From an uncultured Gemmatimonadales bacterium (GTDB lineage: Bacteria; Gemmatimonadota; Gemmatimonadetes; Longimicrobiales; RSA9), in contig CAWFKH010000006.1 of NCBI GenBank assembly GCA_963816355.1, positions 192,001 to 256,000 on the forward strand: a stretch of DNA of 64,000 bases, given 5' to 3'. The notes under the pieces were generated by a model. That model worked only from the letters and a program-made list of their open reading frames with translations, was not told the DNA's origin and ran no database searches. The translations under genes were made by a program, and so were the position numbers. Each line of letters begins with the position of its first letter. The first letter of the stretch is position 1. Positions 11,868 through 20,316 of this stretch are shown one piece after another.

Positions 11868-11870
11868 GCG

Positions 11871-14852
11871 ATGCGCGCGCCCACTTCGACCTACCGGCTG
11901 CAGCTCCGGGAAACGCTGCCGCTCGACCGCGCGCGCGAGCTGCTGCCGTACCTGGACGCGCTCGGCGTCGACTGGCTCTACCTGTCGCCGCTGCTGCAGG
12001 CGCGGCCGGGGAGCGCGCACGGCTACGACGTCGTCGATCCGACGCGCGTCGCGAGCGGACTCGGCGGCGATGCGGCGCTCGTGGCGCTGTCGCGGGCGGC
12101 GCGCGCGCGAGGCATGGGCCTGCTCGTGGACGTCGTGACGAACCACATGGCGGCCGACGAGCGCAATCCGTGGTGGCGCGACGTCCTCGAGCACGGCCGC
12201 AGCTCCGCCTACGCCCGCTTCTTCGACATCGACTGGCGCCCGCCGGGCGACCCGGTACGGGACCGGCTGCTCCTCCCCGTGCTGGGCGACCGCTACGCGC
12301 GCGTGCTGGAGGCGGGCGAGTTGGGCATCGCGCTCGCGGAGGACCGGCTGGAGGTGCGTTACGGTGAACGCGCGCTGCCACTCGAGCCGGCTTCGTGGGG
12401 GCGCGTGATCGCCGCCGCGGCGGAGGGCGGGGCTCCTCGCGAGGCGAGCGCCGCGGCGACGCTGCGGACGCTCGCCTCCGGCTTCGCCTCGCTGCCGCCG
12501 CACGACACGACGGACCCCGCGGCGGCCGCGGCGCGGCGCGATCTGACCGCGCGCATGAAGGCACGCTTCGCGGCCGCGCTGCGCGACATCCCCGGCGTGC
12601 GCCTCGCCATCGAGGAGGCGCTCGCGGGGCTGGCCGGACGGCCGGGTGAGCCGGCCACGTTCACCGCGCTGGACGCGCTGCTCTCCGCCCAGCCATACCT
12701 CCTGGTGCACTGGCGGATCGCGGCGCCCGAGATCAACTACCGGCGCTTCTTCGACATCGCCGATCTCGTCGGCGTGCGGCTGGAGGAGCCCGCCGTCTTC
12801 GCCGCGCTGCACGAGCGCATCCTTGAGTGGCTCGCCGGCGGGCTGGTCGCGGGGCTGCGCATCGACCACGTGGACGGCCTCCTCGACCCCGCCGGCTACC
12901 TCGACCGGCTGCGCGAGGCCGCGGGCGCGGAGCCGTACATCGTCGTCGAGAAGATCCTGACGGGCGAGGAGACGTTGCCGGCGGAGTGGCCGGTGGCGGG
13001 AACGACCGGCTACGACTTCCTGACCCTGGTGAGCGGCGCGCTGGTGCTGCCGGCGGGTCTGGAGCGGCTGCAGCGCGCCTACGACGCGTTCCGCGGCGGC
13101 GCGCGGCCGTTCGCGACGGTGGAGTACGAGAAGCAGCGGCAGGTGATCCGCCTGCATTTCGCGGCGGAGCTGCGCGCGCTGGCGCTGCGGCTGACGCGGA
13201 TCGCGCGCGCGTCGCGGTTCGGCCGCGATGCGCCCGCCCGCCAGCTCGAGCAAGCGATCGTCGAGGTCACCGCCTGCCTGCCGGTCTATCGGACGTACAC
13301 GGTGGGCGCCGTCTCGCGGCGCGACCGCGCGGTAGTCGAGAGGGCCGTCGGCGCGGCGCGCGCGCGCAATCCGGCGGTCGACGACGTCGCCTACGAGGTG
13401 CTGCGGCGCGTGCTGCTGCTCGACCTGCCGTCCGACGCCGACGAGGCGACGCGGGCGGAGTGGATCGCGTTCGTGCTGCACTGGCAGCAGCTCTCCGGGC
13501 CGGTGATGGCGAAAGGCGTCGAGGACACCTCGCTCTACCTGTTCAACACGTTGCTCTCGCTCAACGACGTCGGCGGAGATCCGGGCGCCGGCGCGCTCGC
13601 TCCGGCGGACCTCCACGCGCGGCTCGCGGCGCGGGGCCGCGAGTGGCCCGCCACGATGAACGCGGCTTCGACGCACGACGCCAAGCGGAGCGAGGACGTC
13701 CGCGCGCGTCTCCACGCGCTGACGGAGGTGCCGGGTGCGTGGGCGGCGGTGCTCGAGCGGTGGCGCGGCTGGAACGCATGGGCGCGGGCGGAGGGCAGGA
13801 GCGGCGCGGCCCCGGACGCGGACGAGGAGGTGCTGCTCTATCAGACGCTGCTGGGGGCGTGGCCGCTGGACGATGGCGAGCGCGCGGGCTTCGGCGAGCG
13901 CGTGCGCGCCTACCTGGTGAAGGCGGCGCGCGAGGCGAAGCGCAACACGAGCTGGCTCGAGCCGGACGAGGCGTACGAGCGGGACCTGGTCGCGTTCGCG
14001 GACGCCGTTCTCGACCCCTCGCGCGGCTCTGCTTTCCTCCCCGACTTCCTCGCCGTTCACGAGCGGCTCGCCGCCGCCGGCGCGGTGAACTCGCTCGCCC
14101 AGCTCGCGCTGCGGCTCGGCGCGCCCGGCGTCACCGACGTCTATCAGGGCACCGAGCTGTGGAACTTCTCGCTGGTCGATCCGGACAACCGGCGCCCGGT
14201 CGACTTCGGAGCGCGCGCGAACCGACTCGCCGTGCTCGACGACGCGGCCGACGCGCTCGCTGCCGCGCGAGACGCCATCCGTCACTGGCGGGACGGCACG
14301 GTGAAGCTGCTCGTGCTGCGGGCGGGACTGCGCCTGCGGCGCGAGCGGCCCGGCTTGTTCGTGGGCGGCGACTACCTCCCGCTCGAGGTCGTGGCCGGGG
14401 ATGGCGGAGGAGAGGTGGAGCAGGAGGTGGAGCAGGAGGTGCTCCCGCCGCCGGACGAACGGGTCATCGCGTTCGCGCGGCGGAGCGGTTCGAAGTGGCT
14501 GGTGACGGCCGTCCCGCGGGGCGTCGCGTGCACGCTGGGTGCGCGGCTCCGGGCGCTCGCGGCGGGCGCGGAGGGAGAGCGGGAGCGCGCGGCCGCGGCG
14601 GAGGATCGCGCGGCGTCCCGCACCGGCGGAGACGCGGTGGCGTGGCAGGCGTCCGGATTCGCCGCCGCGGGTCCGCTCGCCGGCCTGGCGCTGCGCCTGC
14701 CCACGGGCGCGCCGGCGCGGTGGCGCGACGCCGCGAGCGGCCGTGAGGTGGTCGCGGCCACGGGCGGCGCCAGGGGGCCGCTGCTGCCGGCGGCGGCCGT
14801 GTTCGATCCGCTTCCGGTGGCGCTGCTCGTGGGGACGGGGTCGGCAGAGTAG
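11871..14852 (+). CDS. treY: Malto-oligosyltrehalose synthase
   Basis: PTSTYRLQ, GSAHGYDVVDP, NHM, INYRRFFDI, LRIDHVDGL, VVEKIL, MAKGVEDT, STHDAKRSED, SLVDPDNRRPVD. Confidence 0.96.
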   Translation: MRAPTSTYRLQLRETLPLDRARELLPYLDALGVDWLYLSPLLQARPGSAHGYDVVDPTRVASGLGGDAALVALSRAARARGMGLLVDVVTNHMAADERNPWWRDVLEHGRSSAYARFFDIDWRPPGDPVRDRLLLPVLGDRYARVLEAGELGIALAEDRLEVRYGERALPLEPASWGRVIAAAAEGGAPREASAAATLRTLASGFASLPPHDTTDPAAAAARRDLTARMKARFAAALRDIPGVRLAIEEALAGLAGRPGEPATFTALDALLSAQPYLLVHWRIAAPEINYRRFFDIADLVGVRLEEPAVFAALHERILEWLAGGLVAGLRIDHVDGLLDPAGYLDRLREAAGAEPYIVVEKILTGEETLPAEWPVAGTTGYDFLTLVSGALVLPAGLERLQRAYDAFRGGARPFATVEYEKQRQVIRLHFAAELRALALRLTRIARASRFGRDAPARQLEQAIVEVTACLPVYRTYTVGAVSRRDRAVVERAVGAARARNPAVDDVAYEVLRRVLLLDLPSDADEATRAEWIAFVLHWQQLSGPVMAKGVEDTSLYLFNTLLSLNDVGGDPGAGALAPADLHARLAARGREWPATMNAASTHDAKRSEDVRARLHALTEVPGAWAAVLERWRGWNAWARAEGRSGAAPDADEEVLLYQTLLGAWPLDDGERAGFGERVRAYLVKAAREAKRNTSWLEPDEAYERDLVAFADAVLDPSRGSAFLPDFLAVHERLAAAGAVNSLAQLALRLGAPGVTDVYQGTELWNFSLVDPDNRRPVDFGARANRLAVLDDAADALAAARDAIRHWRDGTVKLLVLRAGLRLRRERPGLFVGGDYLPLEVVAGDGGGEVEQEVEQEVLPPPDERVIAFARRSGSKWLVTAVPRGVACTLGARLRALAAGAEGERERAAAAEDRAASRTGGDAVAWQASGFAAAGPLAGLALRLPTGAPARWRDAASGREVVAATGGARGPLLPAAAVFDPLPVALLVGTGSAE

Positions 14853-14949
14853 GCGGAGCGCCGCTCCTCGCCGCGGCCGGCGCGGGAGCCGAGGGGATCG
14901 GGGGTCCTCGGGTGCCGGGGCGGTCGCGGGTTCCCGGGTGCCGGAGCGA

Positions 14950-16716
14950 TCAGGCGTTATCGGCCTCCGGGTCGGCCTCGGCTGCGGTGCCACGTCCCGC
15001 CGCCTGCGGTCCCGCGGGCTCCTCCTCGGTCGGCTCCCTCCGCGGCGCGTGGGCCTCGGGGCCGGCGGGGCCGCTCTTCATCGGCACGCGCACGGTGAAG
15101 GTGCTTCCCCGGTCGATCTCGCTCTCGACGTCGAGGGAGCCGCCCAGAAGTTGGGTGAGCCCGCGGGAGACGCTGAGGCCCAGGCCGGTCCCGCCCGCCT
15201 GCCGTGTGGAGGCGCTCTCGACCTGCCAGAACGCTTCGAAGATTGAGCGCTGGTGCTCGCGCGCGATGCCGATGCCGGTGTCGGCGATGGTGAAGACGGC
15301 GTCGTCGCCCTCGATGCGTGCGGCGAGGCGGACGCTGCCGCGCCGCGTGAACTTGACCGCGTTCGAGACGAGGTTGAGCAGGATCTGGCGGAGCTTGCCG
15401 TCGTCGATTTCGAGCAGTGCATCCCCGTCCCGGATGTCGACGCGGAAGTCGAGATTCTTGTCGCGCGCAAGCGGCTCCGCGATCGCGACGACGTCGCGGA
15501 CGAGCCGGCCGAGCGCGATGCGTCCAAGGTGGAGCTGCTCGCGGCCCGCCTCCATGCGGGCGAAGGCGAGGATCTCCTCGATGATCTGCAGCAGGTGGCG
15601 CGCGCTCGCGTTGATGCGGCGGACATGGTCCTGCTGCTTGTCGGAGACGGTGCCGGCGATGCCCGCGAGCAGGATCTCGGCGTAGCCCATGATCGCGTTG
15701 AGCGGCGTGCGCAGCTCGTGCGAGACGACGGCGAGGAAGTCGGACTTGGCCTGGTTGGCAGCGACGGCGGCGCGGTAGAGGCGGGTGTTCTGGATCGCCT
15801 GCGCGGCGCGATTGGCGACGTCGCGCGCGAGCAGCATGTCGTGGACGTCGAAACCGCGTTCGGCGCACACGAAGACGATGGCGCCGAGCATCTCGCCGCG
15901 GGCGACGATCGGGACGGCCATGACGGAGTCGGTGCCGAGGCGGCGGAGCAGGTCGAGGTGGTCCGGGTCCAGAGCGTCGACGTCGAACTCCTCGGCGAAG
16001 CGCTCGAAGAGGAGGGAATCGCCGCCGACGATGGCGCGGCTGGAGGGGTGGGGCGCGTCGAAGGTCGGGGGAAAGAGGCGCCCGAGGTCGTGCAGCAGGG
16101 CGATCTTGTCGGCATCCCGGTGGGTGGCGGCGACGCGGTGGATGCGGCCCTCCTCGACGACGTCGACGACGACCCAGTCGCCCATGTGGGGCACGAGGTG
16201 CTCGGCGAGCGTGTTGAGGGTCGCCTCGTAGTCGAGGGAGGAGTCGAGGACCGCGCTGAGGCGGGCGAGGAAGCGGGCGCGCTGCTCGGCGCGCTCGGCG
16301 TTCTCGCGGGCGGCGCGCTCGCGGATGAGGCGGCGGTCCTGTTCCTCGGCCCGCTTGCGGTCGGTGGTGTCGCGCAGCGTCACGAGGCGCGCCGGTGCGC
16401 CCTCCCACATCGTGTCGGAGACACGCAGCTCCGCGACGGCGCCGTGGCCGCCGTCGACGTCGGCGTTGAGGAGGTCGATCTCGGTCGTCTCGCCGGTCAC
16501 GGCGGGGAAGCCGAACGGTTCGCCGACGAGCCGGTCGGCGGGGCGGCCGAAGAGGCGTTCGGCCGCCGGATTCACGAAGAGGACGGTGCCGTCCTCGCCG
16601 AGGATGACGATGCCGTCCGCCGTGCGCTGGAAGATGCTGCGGAATCTGGCTTCGCTCTGTTCGAGCTCGGCTTCGACGGCGCGCAGTCTGGCGAGGAGCT
16701 CAGTGGCCCGGTCCAT
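14950..16716 (-). CDS. Cytoplasmic PAS-GAF sensor histidine kinase (HisKA/HATPase), third gene of the kai operon; alternative start 16734
   Basis: N-terminal coiled coil, PAS (DGIVIL..VNPAAERLFG..LRDTTDRK), GAF (SVMAVPIVARGEMLGAI), H-box SHELRTPLNAI, N-box NLVSNAVKFT, DTGIGI, GGTGLGL. Start overlaps the kaiC 3' end. Confidence 0.92.
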   Translation of the reverse strand: MDRATELLARLRAVEAELEQSEARFRSIFQRTADGIVILGEDGTVLFVNPAAERLFGRPADRLVGEPFGFPAVTGETTEIDLLNADVDGGHGAVAELRVSDTMWEGAPARLVTLRDTTDRKRAEEQDRRLIRERAARENAERAEQRARFLARLSAVLDSSLDYEATLNTLAEHLVPHMGDWVVVDVVEEGRIHRVAATHRDADKIALLHDLGRLFPPTFDAPHPSSRAIVGGDSLLFERFAEEFDVDALDPDHLDLLRRLGTDSVMAVPIVARGEMLGAIVFVCAERGFDVHDMLLARDVANRAAQAIQNTRLYRAAVAANQAKSDFLAVVSHELRTPLNAIMGYAEILLAGIAGTVSDKQQDHVRRINASARHLLQIIEEILAFARMEAGREQLHLGRIALGRLVRDVVAIAEPLARDKNLDFRVDIRDGDALLEIDDGKLRQILLNLVSNAVKFTRRGSVRLAARIEGDDAVFTIADTGIGIAREHQRSIFEAFWQVESASTRQAGGTGLGLSVSRGLTQLLGGSLDVESEIDRGSTFTVRVPMKSGPAGPEAHAPRREPTEEEPAGPQAAGRGTAAEADPEADNA

Positions 16717-18289
16717 CGGCGGGTCTGACGGCATCGCTCTGGGAGGAGGCGGCCGCCTCGGCGGGGAGTGTGGGCCGATCCCCGTCGCGATCCTCGTTGA
16801 CGACGTCCAGCTCCGGCGCGGCGAGCATCGCGCCGGTGCCGAGGATTCCGGTGAGGCGGGCGAAGCGGCCGCGGACGTGCATTCCACGGCCGGTGATCGT
16901 GAACTCGCGGATCTCCTTCTCGTGCCAGGAGCCCCGCATCTTCAGGACGGTGACGCCGCGCTTCATCGTGCCGAAGCTCTCGACGTAGCGCAGCAGCAGG
17001 ATCGTGTCGGTGAGCGTGGAGATGTGCTTCTCGGTGATCGACGCTCCGCCGGAGAGCGAGGGAGTGGTCGAGGTGAAGAGGCCGGCGATCTGCTGCTGCT
17101 TGATGAACGACGTCAGGTTGATGACGAACTCGCGGAAGATCCGCTGGGGCGCGACGCGCTCGAGGGCGGAGAGGCTGTCGATCGCCACGCGGTGGGGCTG
17201 AAAGTCGGCGATCTCGCGGCGCATCCGCAGGAGGTGTTCCTCCACCGTGAGGGAGTGCGGGTAGTCGGTGAGGATGCGGAGGCGACCTTCCTCTTCCATC
17301 GCCTGGAAGTCGACTCCCCAGCCGGCGGCGTTGCGGTAGAGCTGCTGCCGGCTCTCCTCGTAGGCGAAGAGGAGCGCGCGATCGCCGCCCTCGACGCCGC
17401 GCCCGAGGAACTCGGTGGCGGTGAGCGTCTTGCCCGTCCCGGTCGCGCCGGAGACGAGGATGATCGAGTCGCGGAAGAAGCCACCGCCGCACATCGCGTC
17501 GAGGTCCGCGTTGCCGGAGCTGATGCGCACGTCGGAGGACTGCTGCGTCAGCTTCATGGCGGAGATCGGGATCACCGTGATGCCGTCGTGCGCGTCGACC
17601 GTGAAGGGGAACTCTCCATTCTGATGGCCGGCGCCGCGCACCTTCAGGATCTCGAGCGTGCGACGGCGGCGTTCGTCGACGAGGGCGTGGCGCAGGATCA
17701 CGACGTTGTCCGTCACGAACTCCTCGATGCCGAGGCGCGTGACGGGGCCGGGATCGTCGCTCCGCTCCGCCGTCAGGACGGACGTGACGCCGATCTGCTC
17801 GAGCTGCTCGGTAATGCGGAAGAGCTCGGCGCGCAGGAGGACGCGGTCGTCGAACTGCTCGAAGAGCGCGTTGAGCGAATCGAGCGAGACGCGCTTCGCG
17901 GCGACCTTGCGGATCGCGTTGCCGATGCGGGCGACGAGGCCGCCGAGGTCGAAGTCGCCGACGATCTGCGTCCGCTCGCCGGCGCGCGGCGAGGCGTCGA
18001 CGAAGGCCCACTTGCCGGCCTCCTCCCAGGCGGGGATGTCCCAGCCGAAGCTGGCCATGTTCGCGCGGATGTCCTCGGCCGCGTCCTCGAACGTGATGAA
18101 GACGCCGCCTTCGTCGTAGAGCGCGATGCCGCGGGCGAGGAACTGGGTCGCGAAGACCGTCTTGGCGCTGCCTGCGGTTCCGGCGACGAGCGTGGTCCGG
18201 GCGCGCGGCAGGCCGCCTTCGGCGATGACGTCGAAGCCCTCGATACCGGTAGGGACTTTCTCGATTTGCTTGAGCGGTCGATCCGCCAT
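16700..18289 (-). CDS. kaiC: Double-domain circadian clock ATPase/autokinase KaiC homologue
   Basis: Two RecA-like domains: CI GTAGSAKT / FITFED / LKVRG and CII GATGTGKT / FAYEES / LKMRG. Phosphosite segment HISTLTDTILLLRYVE matches the S431/T432 region of cyanobacterial KaiC. Confidence 0.95.
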   Translation of the reverse strand: MADRPLKQIEKVPTGIEGFDVIAEGGLPRARTTLVAGTAGSAKTVFATQFLARGIALYDEGGVFITFEDAAEDIRANMASFGWDIPAWEEAGKWAFVDASPRAGERTQIVGDFDLGGLVARIGNAIRKVAAKRVSLDSLNALFEQFDDRVLLRAELFRITEQLEQIGVTSVLTAERSDDPGPVTRLGIEEFVTDNVVILRHALVDERRRRTLEILKVRGAGHQNGEFPFTVDAHDGITVIPISAMKLTQQSSDVRISSGNADLDAMCGGGFFRDSIILVSGATGTGKTLTATEFLGRGVEGGDRALLFAYEESRQQLYRNAAGWGVDFQAMEEEGRLRILTDYPHSLTVEEHLLRMRREIADFQPHRVAIDSLSALERVAPQRIFREFVINLTSFIKQQQIAGLFTSTTPSLSGGASITEKHISTLTDTILLLRYVESFGTMKRGVTVLKMRGSWHEKEIREFTITGRGMHVRGRFARLTGILGTGAMLAAPELDVVNEDRDGDRPTLPAEAAASSQSDAVRPADGPGH

Positions 18290-18291
18290 GG

Positions 18292-18576
18292 CTACTCCGC
18301 CTCGATCGCTTCGATGGAGAGGGCGTAGAGCACGAGCCGGTCGTCGGAGAGGTCCCCCGTCACGCGCCGCGACGGCTCCGGCTTGTGCTTGACGAGCGTG
18401 GGCGTCGTCAGGATCCGCTCGCTCTCGGCCGCCTCCGGTTGCTCGAGCACGTCGATGACGACGAACTCGCAGTCGTCCCTGAGCGTGTGCACGCAGAGGC
18501 GGCGCAGGTTGCGGATCGCCCGGGCCGAGCGGGTCGTGCGCCCGGAGACGAAAAGCTTGAACGCAAACGTCTTCAT
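18292..18576 (-). CDS. kaiB: KaiB family protein
   Basis: KLFVSGRTTRSARAIRNL, VIDVLEQPEAAESERILTTPTLVK, P.P.RRVTGDLSD; stop lies 2 nt upstream of the kaiC start. Confidence 0.94.
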   Translation of the reverse strand: MKTFAFKLFVSGRTTRSARAIRNLRRLCVHTLRDDCEFVVIDVLEQPEAAESERILTTPTLVKHKPEPSRRVTGDLSDDRLVLYALSIEAIEAE

Positions 18577-18735
18577 TACATTCCCGTTGTGGGTTCCGAC
18601 CCCGCGTTCGCAAGGAAGGTGCCGGGGAGCGGCTCGGCTTCGCGGGCGCGGCGCGCACGAGCGCTCGCGGCGTGCCCGACACGACGACCGGGTCGCATGC
18701 GCGCGAGTCGTGGCGCCGATGCGGTGGGGATCGCC

Positions 18736-18763
18736 GCAACGCGCCCGTGCTTGCCGGTGTCAG
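18736..18763 (+). promoter_or_regulatory. Candidate ECF-type autoregulatory promoter (GCAAC-N18-GTC)
   Basis: gcaac gcgcccgtgcttgccggt gtcag lies ~42 nt upstream of the ECF sigma start. An AAC -35 and a GTC -10 are typical of ECF promoters. Confidence 0.35.
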
Positions 18764-18804
18764 AGGGGTTGAACGGGCGAGATGAGCCTTCTCGTGGACG
18801 ACGG

Positions 18805-19347
18805 GTGGACGAACGGCAGCTGATCGAACGTGTGCTCGGGGGTGAGCCCGCCGCGGCGCGGGAGCTCTACGACGCGCACGTCGACCGGGTCTATCGACTC
18901 GCGTACCGGCTCGCCGGCGACGGTGATCTCGCGGCGGAGTTCACCCAGGAGAGCTTCATCCGCGCCTTCGACCGGCTGGACCGGTTCCGGGGCGACTCGG
19001 CGCTCGCCACGTGGCTGCACGCGATCACCGTGTCCGTCGCGCTGAACGGGTTGCGCAGCCGCAAGCGGCGCCGCGCACGCCTGGCGCCGCTCGAGGCGGT
19101 GGCGGCGGTCGGCGCCGGCGAGCCGGAGCCGACGCCGCACCTGCGGGAACGACTGAGGCAGGCGATCGACGGTCTGCCGGACCTTTATCGGGTGGTCTTC
19201 GTGATGCACGACGTGGAGGGCTACAAGCACGACGAGATCGCGGCCGTCCTCGGCATCGCGCAGGGGACCTCGAAGGCACGGCTGTCGAGGGCGCGCGCGA
19301 GGCTGCGACAGGATCTGCAGGAGTTCGCCGGGGATTGGGCGCAATGA
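18805..19347 (+). CDS. ECF RNA polymerase sigma factor
   Basis: Region 2 (LYDAHVDRVYRLAYRL, QESFIRAF, FRGDSALATWL) and region 4 (YKHDEIAAVLGIAQGTSKARLSRAR). GTG start inferred. Confidence 0.92.
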   Translation: MDERQLIERVLGGEPAAARELYDAHVDRVYRLAYRLAGDGDLAAEFTQESFIRAFDRLDRFRGDSALATWLHAITVSVALNGLRSRKRRRARLAPLEAVAAVGAGEPEPTPHLRERLRQAIDGLPDLYRVVFVMHDVEGYKHDEIAAVLGIAQGTSKARLSRARARLRQDLQEFAGDWAQ

Positions 19348-20288
19348 ACGACGACGCATTCGACGAGTTGCTGGCACGCGCGGCGCGCCGGTACAACGCG
19401 CCGCCGGAGGCGCCGCGGGAGGCGATGTGGGCGCGGATCGAAGCGGCGCGCGCCGGCCGGGAGGCCGCCGCCGCGGTCGGACACGACGGCGCGGCGGGGC
19501 CCACGGCGCCGGCCGAGCCCCGCGCGGTCGTTCCGCTGCGGCCGCGACGCGTGTCGCGCCGGGCGCTCTGGATGAGCGGCATCGCCGCGGCGCTCGTGGT
19601 GGGATTCGCGCTCGGCCATTTGCGGTGGGGCGGGGAGCGGTCGGGAAGCGGCGGCCCGCCGTCGCAAGTGGCCGCGCAGCCGGCCGCGGTGGACGCCTCC
19701 CCGGATCGCTCCGGCGGCGGCCCGGCCGAGGAGGCCGCGACGGAGCGCAGGGCGGCGGCTCCGCCGACCTCCGTGGCTGGGGGCACGCCATCGTTGGGCG
19801 GGATCGCCGACGGGCGTGCCGCGGCCCGCGAGCCGGTGGTGGCGGACGCGGCGGCACGCGGGTCCGGGGAGGTGGGCGGGACGGCGGCGGCCCGCATGGT
19901 GGCGGTGCCGCGCTCGGCCGTCGGCGAGGAGCGTGACCGCCTGGCGTTCTTCCGCGTGGCGGCGCAGAGCACGCTCGTGCAGGCGGAGGTCCTCCTCACG
20001 TCCGTGCGGACGGCGCCGGCCGCCGACTCGGCCGAGTACCGCCGCCTGGCGGAGTGGGGCCGGCAGGTGCTCTCCAGCACGCGACTGCTACTCGACTCGC
20101 CGGCGGCGGCGGATCCCGCGCTCGGGCCGCTGCTCTCGGACCTGGAGCTCGTACTCGTCCAGGTGGTGGAGCTGGCCGACGACCGCGAGACCGGGCGCGA
20201 GCTGATCGACGGCGCCGTGCGCCAGCGCGACGTGCTGCCTCGCCTGCGCTCGGCGGTACCGCCGAGCCGCGGCGTCGTGGGGAGCTGA
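19344..20288 (+). CDS. Putative single-pass membrane anti-sigma factor
   Basis: ATGA overlap with the sigma gene. N-terminal PREAMWARIE, one TM (ALWMSGIAAALVVGFALG), low-complexity linker, helical C-terminal domain (STRLLLDSP..LLSDLELVLVQV). Confidence 0.75.
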   Translation: MNDDAFDELLARAARRYNAPPEAPREAMWARIEAARAGREAAAAVGHDGAAGPTAPAEPRAVVPLRPRRVSRRALWMSGIAAALVVGFALGHLRWGGERSGSGGPPSQVAAQPAAVDASPDRSGGGPAEEAATERRAAAPPTSVAGGTPSLGGIADGRAAAREPVVADAAARGSGEVGGTAAARMVAVPRSAVGEERDRLAFFRVAAQSTLVQAEVLLTSVRTAPAADSAEYRRLAEWGRQVLSSTRLLLDSPAAADPALGPLLSDLELVLVQVVELADDRETGRELIDGAVRQRDVLPRLRSAVPPSRGVVGS

Positions 20289-20316
20289 ACTCGAAATCCG
20301 ACGAAGGAGACGCTCG

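Noticed and set aside
14410..14445. EVEQEVEQEV repeat and Ala-rich insertion near the TreY C-terminus
   Set aside because: A small in-frame 12-bp duplication in a variable region, outside the catalytic motifs.
9090..14993. 1967-aa minus-strand ORF and many other long antisense or alternate-frame ORFs (e.g. 670-2991, 25405-27906, 58863-61544)
   Set aside because: Shadow ORFs opposite well-supported genes; Arg/Ala/Pro-rich with no motifs, as expected at very high GC.
18577..18804. Possible kaiA or kaiA3-like gene upstream of kaiB
   Set aside because: Only 228 bp separate kaiB from the divergent sigma gene, and no credible ORF is present.
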